Below the pieces are notes generated by a model, which searched no databases, had not been told where the DNA came from, and was given only the letters and a program-made list of their open reading frames with translations. Source: Callorhinchus milii (Eukaryota). From it: a stretch of 64,000 nucleotides of DNA. Each line of letters begins with the position of its first letter. Position 1 is the stretch's first letter. Both the position numbers and the translations under genes were made by a program. Where the stretch lies: contig NW_024704743.1 in the NCBI RefSeq assembly GCF_018977255.1, positions 23,872,001 to 23,936,000 on the forward strand, written 5' to 3'. Below, one piece after another: positions 12,801-26,259 of the stretch.

Positions 12801-14451
12801 ATGAAGGGCGCTACCTAAATGCAAATTGTTGTTTGTTGTTATTGATTTCCAACTTATTTTGTTCTTTAAAGGGAGATGGGTGCGAAATGGAAACCCTCAA
12901 GTAGTTACAGCCTCTTTATAATGCAGAGCAGATTTAGTGCGAAGCCTCTGCAAAGCTTGAGTAGCCTGCTGCTGAGGAGTTTACACTGCAGGACGGATTC
13001 TGCTGCACTGTAGCCAGACGGAGGCAGAGAAGAAGTCATGAGATCGAGAGCACTGTCTGAGGTGCCACTCGTGCAGCCTCTCACTAACAACTCTTCACAC
13101 TGTAAGGTTCTATGTGTGAGCTCAGAATCAAAGAGATTGTTCAGGAGATGAAAATGATGACTTTCATTTACTCAGTGTGGACTTTCACCACCGGGGATGG
13201 CCCATTCAGACAGTGATGGCTGTGGAGGCAATGGGTTGTTTTTTGGTCAGGCAGATGTCTGACACATGCAGATAGGCAATAACAAATCATGCTTTTAAGA
13301 CTGGAAAATACTTCCTAAAGTGAGTCACAGGTCCTCTAGAGGGAGCTGCTAGCAGACCTCGCAGTGTGAAGAGTCTGCACTTGCTGTGCCCTCTATCCCA
13401 AAACTTGTCTCTGCCTCTGTTTGTTTAACCATAAATTACACCCTTGAAAAAGATGTCTTCTCTGCCCAAGCATAATGAGCCTTGAGGCTTTTGTACCTTA
13501 AAAACTATTGAAACGAATATCATCGTCACTGGCAAATTGTTAAGACAAGCTGAATGCCGTTCAGAACATATAGAGAGAAAAGTGAAGGGGATTCAGACTG
13601 ATAGTCCCCTCTGCTTTTACTCCCCTTCTGCTTTTAGCACCACTTCTGATGATAGTGGCTGTAGACAGACTTTACTTTGCAACAGTGCAAAAGCAATCTG
13701 GAACTTTACTATATGAATGTCCATTAATGTGTGGTTGATGTGCATTTCATTGGTCTCCTCCGCATCCTCACCCCGAGTTACCTTAGCACCACAATAACCA
13801 GAATATGTGTAAGCAGAGACTTAGCTAGTGCTTTCCGAATCATCGCTTCCCTCATCTCTGTGCCAGCCATGACCCTCTTCATTTCATGCGGTGTTCGATG
13901 AACTCATGGAGATTGAATGGATGGAACCTAGTGTCCCATAAGCAAGAACCCAAGTTGTAAATTCTGTATTTTTTCAGGAAATTATTTAAAACGGTGTGTT
14001 TTGCTAGCGGCTAATTTTGCCACAGGGAATTGTGTTCATCTAGTGACCCATTTCTTTCAATTACAACTGGTTGTCACAATTAATAAAAGATAAACCCCCT
14101 GGTTTGTGTTGGACTCTTTGTGCGTTTCAGAAATATTGGGATTGCTTTTATAAATTATTAAATTTGTAAAATTGTTGCTTTTAATTTTATTAAACATCAT
14201 TTTAATGTAATTGGGGACAGGCATGGCCGTGGGTTGAAATATTAATATGGTGAGCCAGAGGTTGATGGCTTGTGGGTGATCTCCTGCTTCAGCCTGGTGG
14301 GGGAGGGAAAGGGGGGGGGGTCAGGCGGAAAGTGTAGGTGGAGGCCAGAGGTTGCCTGCAAAGATGGAGCGATAACCGGAGAGCAAGCATTCCCTGGGGC
14401 CTTTTCCCTTTCCTGTGTGGCTGGCTGAATAATGTCACCAGCACAAGTCTG

Positions 14452-14763
14452 AATAATAATAATAATAATCCTTGCATTTGATATAGCGCTTTTCACGTCG
14501 GGAGGACGTCCCAAAGCGCTTCACAGAACACACTGCAAAGTGAATTGTCTGTATATTTGTGGACGAACGCGGCAGCCAATTGCGCACAGCAATGTCCCAC
14601 AAACAGTCGTAGATTGAAAATGACCAATTTATTATTGTTTTTGGTTTTGGAGGGATTATTATTAGGCGTGTGGAGTAAGGAAACTTGCCCAAGGTTTCGC
14701 CCTGCCCGGAATTGAACTCAGGTCTCTCGCTTGCAAAGCGAGTGCTCTTACCACTGAGCTACA
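14452..14763 (-). mobile_element. tRNA-Ala-derived SINE (young, short form)
   Basis: Near-identical reverse complement of 1781-2103, lacking the first few bases. Confidence 0.9.
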
Positions 14764-14765
14764 AG

Positions 14766-15085
14766 GTGGCGTCCTATAGTTTAGTGGTTAGAGCACTACA
14801 CTAGAGCCAGGTAGGGCGAAACCTTAGGAAAGTTTCCTTATTCCACAGGCCTCTGTTTATCTAACAGTAAGTGGGAACCCAATTGTTAGTCGATTGGTAG
14901 ATTGCTTTCTGAGGGTAATGATTTCTTTAAAAACATTGACTGTTTGTGGGACACTGGTAATTGGCTGCCACTTTTCGCACACAAAATATACAGTCAATTC
15001 CCTTTAGAGTATATTCTGTGAAACGCTTTAAGACATCTCAATGACGTGATAAGGCGCTACATCAAATGCAAGGATTATTATCATT
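14766..15085 (+). mobile_element. tRNA-Ala-derived SINE (long form, diverged), head-to-head with the previous copy
   Basis: GTGGCGTCCTATAGTTTAGTGGTTAGAGCAC head, extra internal segment CTCTGTTTATCTAACAGTAAGTGGGAACCC..., and tail. Confidence 0.85.
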
Positions 15086-16039
15086 ACTTAAAGCTGTTGC
15101 AGTGGCAATTTACTTAATCCCCAAATGTTCTGTGTCTATTGCTATTCACAGAAATGTACAAGATTGGAAGATATACTAGGGTGGAAAAGGCAAATGTTTC
15201 ATAATGTATCTGATATTATATATGTTCAGAATAGATTTCTCATCAAATATGTTAAGAAAATCGTACAATTTGAGTCACTCCATGACTGTTTGTGGGACCT
15301 TGCTGTGAGCAAACTGGTTGCCGTGTTTCACTCAAAAAATACAGTCAATCCACATTACAGTGTATCCTCTGAAGTGCTTTGAAACGTCTTGACAACATGA
15401 TAAGGCGCTGTATCAAATGTATGGATTATTATCATTATTGTCAATTTTTTTTCATCTGATTGACTGACTGATTGTTTCAACACAGTGGTTGTACCTGAAG
15501 CCAGCTTCAGTGCTGGCATGTTATTTTCACCCTAAAGCTGTTATGAAATATATCACTCTTTTCGCCCAATGACCATTCCATTGCAGACAGAGATCTCGCC
15601 ACATAAGCCTGGCATCACTTTCCTCAGAGTGCTACAGGTCCTTCAGATTTCCAGCGTAGTTTTATCTTATTATGTCACTGCACTTTGCCAGTCAGTTCCC
15701 CACATCACCTCAAGCAGCTTTTCTGTTTTAAAGATTATTTTGCACAATGATAGATTCAGATATAAATCCTTCTCAATTCCCAATAAACTGGCAAAGAATG
15801 TGCTCCCTGTGTCTTTCATCCTTCCTGCCACCCTTGGCATTGAGCTCCAGTAGAGATCTGGAAGCTTTTTTCATACTCATTAACTTCATAGTGAATGTTG
15901 GCTCCACCCTTTATTGATGTGGTGCATGTTTCAGGCTCGGCGACGTGTCAATACTGGACCTTAAAGAAGTAAAGAGATAAGATGTGCATATTTCCCAAGT
16001 CAGGGAGCTTGCCTGCCTTTGATATGGAAGCCCATTCCC

Positions 16040-16325
16040 TTTAAGCTAATGGGGAGCAGGGACGCCCTCTGTACAGTTGTCCCAATTGTATCTGGAGGAT
16101 TGTTGGTTAGGATATTGGAAGAAATGTCTCTTCGAATGGTATTGTATGCTCTTTAATGTCCTCCTGAACAGGCAAAAAAAACCTTGGTTTAATGTTGCAT
16201 CTGAAGGGCGGCACCTCCCAAACACTGCATTGCAGTGTCAGTCTTGACTATAAGTTCAAAGTCTTGACTGGGGCTTAAACTCACAACCTTCTGACTCAGA
16301 AGCGAGAATGCCACTAACTGAGCCA
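16040..16325 (-). mobile_element. SacSINE1-like DeuSINE, 5' part
   Basis: Reverse complement of TGGCTCAGTTAGTGGCATTCTCGCTTCTGAGTCAGAAGGTTGTGAG, followed by the body. Confidence 0.7.
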
Positions 16326-17599
16326 CATTTAATTTAGGACATGCAGTTTAGCAGGACAGGGCTCTTACATTCTAGCAACAGCCAGCCTTCCATTACATCT
16401 GTACTATTTGCTCCATGGATATAGCCCTAGTAAAAGCAGCATAACAACTCCACTTTGTCTTATTTTAATGATAGTCAAATGAATTTCATGTCTTGTCATA
16501 TAAATCAGTGAAATCAAATTGAATATTGACCTGTTGTACATGTCAATGTGAACTGAAATTGCTTTCATTTTCTTTGGTTTTAATTATCCTCTCTCTTGGG
16601 CCAATTTGAGATTTGGCTCGGGCAGAGTCCAATTACCTCACAGCATCATGGTCTGTAAGCTGCTATCGGTTAGTCTGATGATCATTCCTGTAGTAACTTG
16701 TTCCTCCAATACTGAATTACCCCCGTTTCAAATAGTATGTGAGAAATACAGTGTTGCTTGGTTAAACAGTGAAACTGTAGATTGAGAAGTTCTCATCTAT
16801 GATGATCTTGCGGACTATCATTACAAGCAGGTATCCTTTCTATGAAAAGGTCTATCTGGGCTGAATCATCTTCTGTCTGTAATGACCTTGGTGATGTCTC
16901 AGGCAGGTGGTCAGTCTTGCATTTGGTATTCCTGTGCAGAATGACCACTTGGCTACAATGACAGTCCCACAGGTGATGATAAAGGAAAAGTAATGGCTTT
17001 TCATTTGCATTTGCCGCAGCTCTGTACTGGTTGCAAAATTCGCAATCTCAAAACCTGAAAGGGTCTAGGAATCAGCTTCAAATCTGGAAAGCCAGAATGG
17101 GGAATAACATTTTACAGATGCCTCTCTAGCAGGGCTGTGTGGAGGACCTGATTTGGAATCCATCTGACAACAGAGCCTTTGTTGTTCAAACCGAATGAAT
17201 GCATAGGACAGACTGCCAGATGCTCTTCCACCCAAACTGAGGCTTGGAGCATCAACGGTTTTGTAAAATGCACAATTTAATTAAAACGTGCACATTGTGC
17301 TGACAAATCCAGTCCATCATTGTGTATCTGCATTATGTATTTTGACAACTAAAAATCACTCTTGTTGCTAAATGTTCAATTACACATCAGATTTGATTGA
17401 AGAAAAACTTTCATCCAATTTGGCCTCATCCTTTTTCAATACAAACCCTACCATTACAGCAGTAAGCTGTTTATAATGTGTCTAATATTCTTGTCTCTTC
17501 CCTCCTTCCTGATAAACCCATTCAAGCTGTTGGTTATCTTCTTACTTTCCCTTCACAACCTTGAACCTGTGACCTCTTGTTCTGCTGTCTTAGAGTATC

Positions 17600-18375
17600 T
17601 GAAAATATTGTTCTCTCCTCTTATATATTGTCTCCATGTGTGACTGGAACTCTCTCTGGCATCATTGTTTTTCTTAATCTCTCTGTCATCTTTGACACTG
17701 TCGACCACTCTGTCCTTCTCCACTATCTTCTCTCTGCTCATCCTCACAAATCTGTTCTATCCTGGTTTCACTCTTTCCTATCTCAGCATCTTTACTTAAT
17801 CTGTTCCAATGGCTTTCCTTTCGCCCCGCGCAGTTGTATGCAACGGTCTTTATTCTTTGGATGCTCTTTATCACCATCTATATGCTCCCACCTGGTGATA
17901 TCCTTTGCAGGCATGAGATCTATTTTGACATGTACATCAATGACACTCAACTCTATCTCTCTGCCCCGAATCCAGGACCATTGCTGTTCTGACCGATTGC
18001 CTGTCAAATGCAGACATAAAATTGGGTCATTCAATCCACGACTCTTTGTGGGACACTGCTGTGCACAATTTGTTGCCATGTTTTTGCCCACAAAATACAC
18101 AGCCGATCCACTTTACAATATATTCTGTGAAGTATTTTGAGACATCTCAAAGACTTGATAAGGCGCAATATAGAATGCAAAGGATTATTAATATCACATC
18201 CTGGATGTGTTCTAAATTTCTTCAATGTCAACAAGTTCCAAAGTTCTCCTGCTTGGTTCCCATCAATCGCATCACCCTGCATAGAGGCTAACTCCATCTC
18301 ACAGAGTCTATGTGTCTTGTCTGATCCCAAACTGCTCTTCAAACCTTATACTGAAGTAAAGGCTGCCTTTCCAAG
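17600..18375 (+). mobile_element. Degenerate L2 reverse-transcriptase fragment with a SINE 3' half inserted at ~18020-18190
   Basis: FDTVDHSVLL and VLSWFHSFLS are RT motifs; a SINE core and tail interrupt them. Confidence 0.7.
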
Positions 18376-21129
18376 AGGCAGTGAGTTAGGTACTTGACCT
18401 CTGTCAGGGTTTGGAACGCTCAAGTCAGTTACAGGCTGCAGAAGAACAAATAAGAACTTGTACTTTCAGATAGGATAATTGAGGCGCAGTTCAAAGATGA
18501 TGGGAGTCATCAAACAGAGGTGTTTGAGGATGTTAACCAATTTTACAGATAGAGATATGTTTTAAAGGGTTTTAAAGGCATGAGGGAGGGTGCAAGATGA
18601 AGGGATTTGGGGGAGAGAATATAAGGGAGCAGCAGGCTGAGCCACCATTAGTGGGACAGAGGGAATGAGCAGTAGACCAGAGTCAAGGTGCTGTATCGAT
18701 CGTCACCACTGAAAAAAAAACACTGCCGTAAAATGTTGGGTGTGTCATAAAAAATTTATATATTTATCGCTAATGATAGTTAAATTATATATCGTGTTGA
18801 GTTGATAATTTGTTCAATAGTTATCACTCAGCAATAATTACATTGAATCCGTTATGAAATCTTGTGTATTTACCCCATTCTTTCAAAGACATGTTCAAAG
18901 TATTCTTTTATCTTTTCAAATTTTTTATGAAGAACGAAAATGAATCATATTCACAGAGATAAGGGTATTGTAATAAAGGGACCTCTCCTGAAGGCTTATT
19001 GTCCAATATCCTTTAAGTGGCACAGCCACCCATTTATTTACTTGTTAATCTCCCATCAATATCAGAAGTGATGGACAGTGTAATTTGACGGTAAATGAAT
19101 TTGTCCCAAGGCCATTCCTGGGTCTTTGGGAGGAAAGGAAAAAAAATCATCTTTCACAGACAATCTGTGAGCTGCAATTTCTGATTGGTGGACATCTGGG
19201 AGATGAGCACTGTCTGGCTGGGCTTCAGTCTAAATAAATAAGATTGCTGCAAGCTAATAAAACAGCAGTAGAACTGATGTGTGCAATTATAACACATGGG
19301 CCAAATCTTTTTGGAAGATTAATTTGGCCAATTTTCAAAAGGAATGTAATAATTGGCTATTGCATGGGATCTTGTGTGTTTGTTAAATCATTTGAAAAAT
19401 GGTACCCTTTGTTGCAAACACCATCATGCTAGTCATCTGCATAACACACAGATTCATGTATACATATACATGTGTGTACTACAGCATAATGCACCCTCAC
19501 GTTTACATGAAAAACATGGTAAACTTTAATATACGCATAGCTTGTTTCCAAAGTTTAAAAAGGATTATTGTTTCAGTGGCTTTGCCTATAAGTAGCAGAA
19601 ATCTACTCATATGCACTGATATATTGTTCTATACTTCCATTTGAGGAAAGAGATCTCAATAAGTTGAGATGCGATGGGTCAAGCTTGAGACTTCCTCTTG
19701 CCAGAATAGTTCCTGGGCTAGCTTTACTACAGAACAAGTCTGCTCCGGGATAGAATCTGGACCAGCTTCACTGAAGAGCATGTCTACCGCCTTTTCAGAA
19801 CCACATTTAAGCATCACTTTTGAAATTGAATCTAATCTCCAAGAATTGCTACTCTCTCACCAAATGATCAGAGCTCCTCCCTTTGTAACCTGCAGATTGC
19901 AGTAATAGAGTGCAAATAACGGATGCTTGTCATTGTTTCAGATTCTAAAAGGGCTTTTTACTGCAATGCTTCTGCTGTTCATGTTTGGCTATTATTCCCT
20001 GAGCTACAGCAGTGGTGTTTAGTGAAGTGTTTCTATAACCCTCACAGTGACAGCAGCTCCAGGGAAATCTGTGTCCATTTAGCTCAATACCCACTAACGT
20101 GGAACAGGAGCAGATACTGTACAACACAACATTACCATGTGAGATTACTTTCAGGGAAATAAATAAAGCAAGAGTATAACTAAATATTCTCAGCACCTGC
20201 ATGTCACCTTGTTGCCCCCAAGTAACATGAATAAATAGAGCTGCACTCCCTGCTTTTATGAATCTATCAAAAGTGTTATCATAACTTGTATAGGAATAAT
20301 AGTCGCAGTCAGACCTCATATAAATGGCTGAAGTACACTATCTCAGGAGCATTAATGGAAGCAGTTCTGGTACTGAGTGGAACACTGTAAATCTTTAATC
20401 CTCCCCTCCCAAACTATCATCATGTTCATGCACACACATACTACATCCTGGAATTGAACAAATATTACGTTTTCTGGTTTTGCAAGCTGTCATGTTTACT
20501 AGCTGTAAGATTGGAGGGAGTTAAATATATTTTGCTCAAAGATCTTCAGAACTGTGGCTAACCTGACACAGGATTCATATGATAGCAGCATGGAGCACAT
20601 GCAGTCTGGACTGTGCAGCTGTTCAGAAAACAAACAGAATTGGGCTTTTCTTAATAATCAGAAATCATATGCTCTTGTGGACCTGGGAGATGTGCGGCTC
20701 CCTGTTGTGGTGCTAATTCACACTGCCGTTGACAGCTGGATGGAGAGGTCTTACCCAGTTGGACTGCAGATCTTTACATCTGTGTCTGCTGTTCAACAGT
20801 GGTTCCATTATATGTCATGTGTAAACACAGATGTACCAAAACCTGGGTATAACTGCACATGTACAGAAGGAATTTCCTTAATTATGCAACTAATAACCAA
20901 TCAGTTATTATTGATACGGTTCATAAATAATTTTTNACATTATCTAGAAGAGCATCTTTCTGATATAAATCGCTGAGATAACCTCTGGGCCTTCACCTGT
21001 ATGACTGATTTTTAGGTGGAGAAAGCCACCGCGTGAATTGAGTTGCCACACAGGTCAATTGGCTTGGGAGATGGTGCATGAAGGAGCAGTTTTGACATTG
21101 TAAATAAAAACAAATTGCCATTGATTGAC

Positions 21130-21450
21130 CAGTTAGTTAAAAGAGGACATAAATTGAGGAATAATAACAGAGGAAGAAAAATAATAGGAAAGTTTAGGAA
21201 AAATACTTTTTTTCACATAAAAGGGGGTTGCCGGGATTTGAAATGTCACACATCGCTGTTGAAGGCAGGTTTATAAGCAGCATTTAAACATATTTAAAAG
21301 TGGATTGGTAAAAGCATAAAAAATAATATGAAAAGGGAAAGAATAGGGAAATGATCTAACAGTAGATAACTCCAGCGGGCTACAGTCAGCGGCACAGTCA
21401 CAATTGACCACATGGTTTCCTTTCCTATCGCTTCGACCATTATATGATGA
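21130..21450 (+). mobile_element. CR1-like LINE 3' end, degenerate (related tails at ~8790, 10315, 11720, 23160, 27290, 37140, 43910, 47990, 58988, 62760)
   Basis: AGAGGACATAAATTGAGG...TTTTTCACATAAAAGGGGGTTG pattern. The clearest tail is GATGGGCCGAATGGCCTCCTTCTGTGCTGTATAATTCTATGATTCTAT at ~48093-48140. Confidence 0.6.
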
Positions 21451-23506
21451 TCAGTTGTAATAAATAGATTGTGGCCATTATATGTATAATCGTTGGTTTG
21501 CCAGTTATCAAAACATCATTAACTTGTGTTTGTTTAGCTTCCCAGTGTGGAATTTACAAAATTGAATTAGCTTTTGCTGTAGTAATCTGTCATTTCCTAT
21601 AAGGGCATAGCAATGTAATGGATTCTCTATAAAACATTAAACATGCTCAACAACTCTTGGTTGAGCAGCAAGAAAATTGTTTTGTGATACTAGTGGTGCA
21701 CTGTTCAGTAAAATTAAAGGGTAATAATGGTGAGATTGCTTTTTGATAAAGGGTTATACAGTTGAAACAAGGCCCTTGTCTATAAATCCCTTCATGGCCT
21801 AGCATCTCCCCATCTCTTCAATCTTTTCATGCCCCATTCTTCTGCTCACCCCTCCACTCAGCTAATTCAGGCTCTGCACCCTCCACCCCCTTCAGCCACT
21901 ACACCGCTGGAAATCCCTCCCTTTACCCTTTTGTCTCGTCCTCTCTCCATCTGCCTTTAAATCCTGCCTACAAACCTACCTCGTTGACCTCACCTATGGT
22001 TCCCTTCCCCTCCTCCCTTGCTTGGCATCAGACTCTGTCTTTATGAAGCTCTTCGAGACATTATCATGTGTGAAGGATGCTATCTAAATGCAAGATGTTG
22101 TCATTATTGTTGTAGTAATTCAGACACTCTGTGAGTGGATTCCATGTCCTGTCATAAAAGTCTGCCGAGTTTTAGCACAATAATGAATCCCGTGTCCTGT
22201 CACTAAGCTGTAGTGTGTTTGCACAATACAAACAAATCCTATGTCCTGGCACTGTAGTGTGAGGACATGGGGTTTATACTGTGCTGTTGCAGTCTGTCAG
22301 TACAGTATCAAAACACTGGACCATTTCATTGGACCACCAGCAATTCCTTTCTAATGTATTTGAAACAGTGTTAATGGGTTTGGTTTTGGATGGATGAATC
22401 TGAGAAAAGAGATATTTGTGTCTGCAGCAAAATGTCACGATTCACAGCTTTTAAAAATCACCCTGTGAAAAAGTCCCTTCACAGTTCAATTTCCACCAAA
22501 CTTGAATCCATATACTATGCACAGAGTCTCCTCATGTTTCTTTCCTCTTCTCTCACCCCCCCAACACTTCCTCTTTAATATATAGACAGTAAATTCATAG
22601 TGCTGCCTACCTGCCCCGGGTCTCAAAGCACTGACAGGATTGCGAGCTGCTAAGTCAGGTGCAGCTGGAGACAGATGCAATGTAATTGCTTGCCTCACCT
22701 TATCCTGACAAATATGCCTAAATGAAAGCCTTAGGAGAATGGTCCCGGATGTATGTCTTTCCTATTTCCCTGTATTTCCAGCCTTACCTTGTGGCCTGTC
22801 TGATTGATATGAGTGGCAGATCTGACAGCTCCTGAGTGCAGTTTCACCCTGTGGGCACACATAATAATAATAATCCTTGCATTTGATATTGCGCCTTTCA
22901 CTTCTGGAGGACATCTCAAAGCACTTCACAGGACATACTGTACAGTGCAGTAACAGCATTTTGTAGGCAAGTGCATCAGCCACAAGCAGATGAAACAACA
23001 CTCCAAACCCTCATTCATTAAAACCAATGATTTTCTAGTACAGCATTCAGAACAATATTTGAGGATTCAACAAGAAAACAACAATAAATGTACACTCATA
23101 GAACATCTTTCACGTCAGGAGGAAGGCCCAAGTCAGGTCCTCCCGACTTGCCAGTAGAACATAAGGACACAGGTTTAGAGTTGCAAAGAGCAATGTCAGG
23201 ACTGGCACCAGGAATTTTTTCTTTACCTCGAAGGTAATTTATGACTGGAACAGGTTGGCAAGAAAGGTGGTTGAGGGCAGGACACTGGACTCATTTAAAA
23301 AAGCAGCTTGATGCAGTGATGCAGGATGGTAGGGTGGGCATTCTGAAGGGAAGAGATCAGGTGGGCCAAAAGGCTTTCTTTATCCAAACCAGTGTTGTGA
23401 TCTTGTGAGATCCTTAGTGCAGCCACCTGTTCCCATTGAACAATCAGAGATTTTGCATATGGTTTTATAATTCCATATTTGTGTGTAAAAATAAAGATAA
23501 TCTATA

Positions 23507-23845
23507 TGGAGTCCTGTAGCTCAGTGGTTAGAGCACTCGCCTTGCAAGCGAGAGGACCTGGGCTTGATTCCCAGGCAGCGTGAAACACTGGGCATGTTTC
23601 CTAACTCCACAAGCCTCTGTTTACCTGGCAGGAAGTTGGAACCGGTTGTTAGTCGATTGGTGGATGACTTTTCTGGGGGTAATAATCCCTTAAAAATAAT
23701 AAAAATAATAATTTGGTCACTCAATCCACTACTGTTTGTGGGACACTGCTGTGCACAATTGGCTGCCGCGTTTTGCCCACAAAATATACAGTCAAATATA
23801 CAGTCAATTCACATCATAAGGCGCTATATCAAATGCAAAGATTAA
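23507..23845 (+). mobile_element. tRNA-Ala-derived SINE, long form
   Basis: Intact head TGGAGTCCTGTAGCTCAGTGGTTAGAGCACTCGCCTTGCAAGCGAG, a ~64-nt extra segment at 23616-23679, and core plus tail. Confidence 0.88.
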
Positions 23846-24527
23846 TTTTATTAATATCTAACTTAATAATATCTAATAGAAATCAGGAATGGTGTTTGGA
23901 AATACAAATGTGCAATACAAAGATTTGGGGTCAGTGCACCTTGTGGTGTGAGACTAAGCCATACAAATCCTCGTCTGTGCTCAGCTACTGATCTCAATTG
24001 GGACAAGGAGTAAGGATGTTATAAATAGCCTCCGTGACCCCTAGGCTAAGGAGGGAAGTTATCAAACTCAAGTTCTTGTTTGCATCCAGTTGGAAAAATG
24101 TACCACTGACAGGCGTTAATGTAATTCCTCTCTTGTTGTGTAAAATCCCCTTTCGAACCACCTCACTTATTTATGTATGTGCTGTGAAGCTTGAAGATAA
24201 TACCAAACTGACCTGGCAGCCTACAGACAGTGTTATCATATTTTGGTGACATTTCATGAATAAGTTTATAACGTGTATCATAACACTGGAAATAACCATT
24301 GAATGTGACCCTTATCGAAGCAACGAAACATAAAGCTTTGGCTTGTGCATGGTGAGGCAGGTGCTATCCATATTCTAGGGTTCAGAGTTTCTGTCAGAAA
24401 CCAAGCCAGTGTTGAGGGGAGCATTTATTAGAGAATACGATGTATTTTCCATGTCAGACAGCGAGGTATTGATATTTCTGCTTAACAAATGTGTGCTTTT
24501 GTTTGGATAATTGCGCAGTCAGTTTAA

Positions 24528-24749
<222 letters not shown>

Positions 24750-26259
24750 TGAAAACGTCCCATCCTTGAGAATAATAAGTTGCCATGGTGCAACCTGCCG
24801 GTGCTCTGCAGTGCCTAGTAATTATTTATCCATTAGGTGATTATCCTAATGATTTTCCTTTCCAAGTGATGGGACAAAACCTACTTATAATGTGCATCAA
24901 CAAGATAGTTACAGTCAGTATTTAATCCACACTTCAGCAATTTAACAGTCATTCCGTAAAGTAATTATTCAGAATGAATCGAGGTGTCATTTACTAATCA
25001 CACTTATCTAATGGTGTTCATTCACAGTTCTCCATAGGTTGAGGAGATAGATATACTGGGGGAGGGGAGAAGGACAGAGCAAACAGTGCAAATGCAATAT
25101 CTTCCAGTGAATAGATTGCATTCTTGGGTAACAGCAGAGTTGGATGTTGCTGTTTTGTTTTGTCTTACCGCAAGCATTTCAGAAATAAGATTTTGCTGCC
25201 TCTCAGGGGATAATTGCTATAAATTGGCTGCAAGCGAGCCCTGTTTCATTATCAGTTATCACGACGCTGTCAACTCTGAGGGGCTGCCTCTTCCCTTCCA
25301 GTGCTATAGCAAGCAGGAAGGATTAATTGGTGCACATTGAATTGTCACACATCTCTCGGACATATTCTGAATCCTTATATCTCTTTAGCGCCTCGTGAAG
25401 ATTTCCATCAGAGGAGGGGAAAATGATTAGATTATCTGATGTGCCAGAAATTACATCAATATTAATCTGAGGAATTCTGCAGAGCATGAAGTACCTATTT
25501 AAATCGATGGGATGTTTTGCTCGGATAAATGTCTTTTAAAGAAGCAGCATCTCTTCTTCCAGGAGCTGTGTTATGAGCTGAAGTTGAGCCATGAGCTCAA
25601 GCTCATACTCCTTGCAAACCAGTCCAAATGAATGGGAGGAAATCTATTTGTCAGCTAAAAATCATTAATCAGAATATATTGGAAGTCAAATAACTTATCG
25701 ACCATACAAAATTTGTACTTTTTTTATACTTTTGAGGAATTTTATGGAGAAAAGGCACTTTATAATTCTTAATTGTTGCTGGGTGCAGTTTTTCAAGTTC
25801 GCTTTTTTTTTTGAAAATATAGGAGGTTTATCTTAAGATTCAGAGCTGTGCTGAAAAATCACATTCCCAGAAGACATACTCAAATTATGATCTGGAGACA
25901 GCTAGGAGTACAGCTCAGGTAGCAGTTTCAAAAAGGGTTGTTTAAGCCCTTGAGAAGTGCAATGAGGTTGATCCCTGGGGTCAGAGAGATGTTCTATGAT
26001 GAATGATAGACAAGCTTGAGCACTTTAGCCTCAATAAGAGACATCTACGGTATAGAGGCATTGCATGTAAGGTAAATTATTATAATAACAATAACATTAA
26101 TTCACCCACAAAATATACAGTCAATCCACTTCACAGTAATATTCCGTGAAGAGCTTTGAGACGGTTCGATGACGTGATAAGGCACTATATCAAATGCAAG
26201 GATTAGTATGAATTATGTTAATAATATTGTTAATAATAATAACAATAATAATCCTTATA

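Noticed and set aside
12950..13110. GC-richer stretch ending in donor-like CACT|GTAAGG as an alternative exon
   Set aside because: No recognisable coding similarity or clear acceptor; unsupported without transcript data.
20936..20936. Single N base within ORF 20554-20976
   Set aside because: It is an assembly ambiguity, and the ORF shows no homology.
22140..22275. Spaced TGTCCTG(T/G)CA repeats resembling a CRISPR-like array
   Set aside because: Only three short degenerate units in a eukaryotic intron; more likely a decayed tandem repeat or transposon relic.
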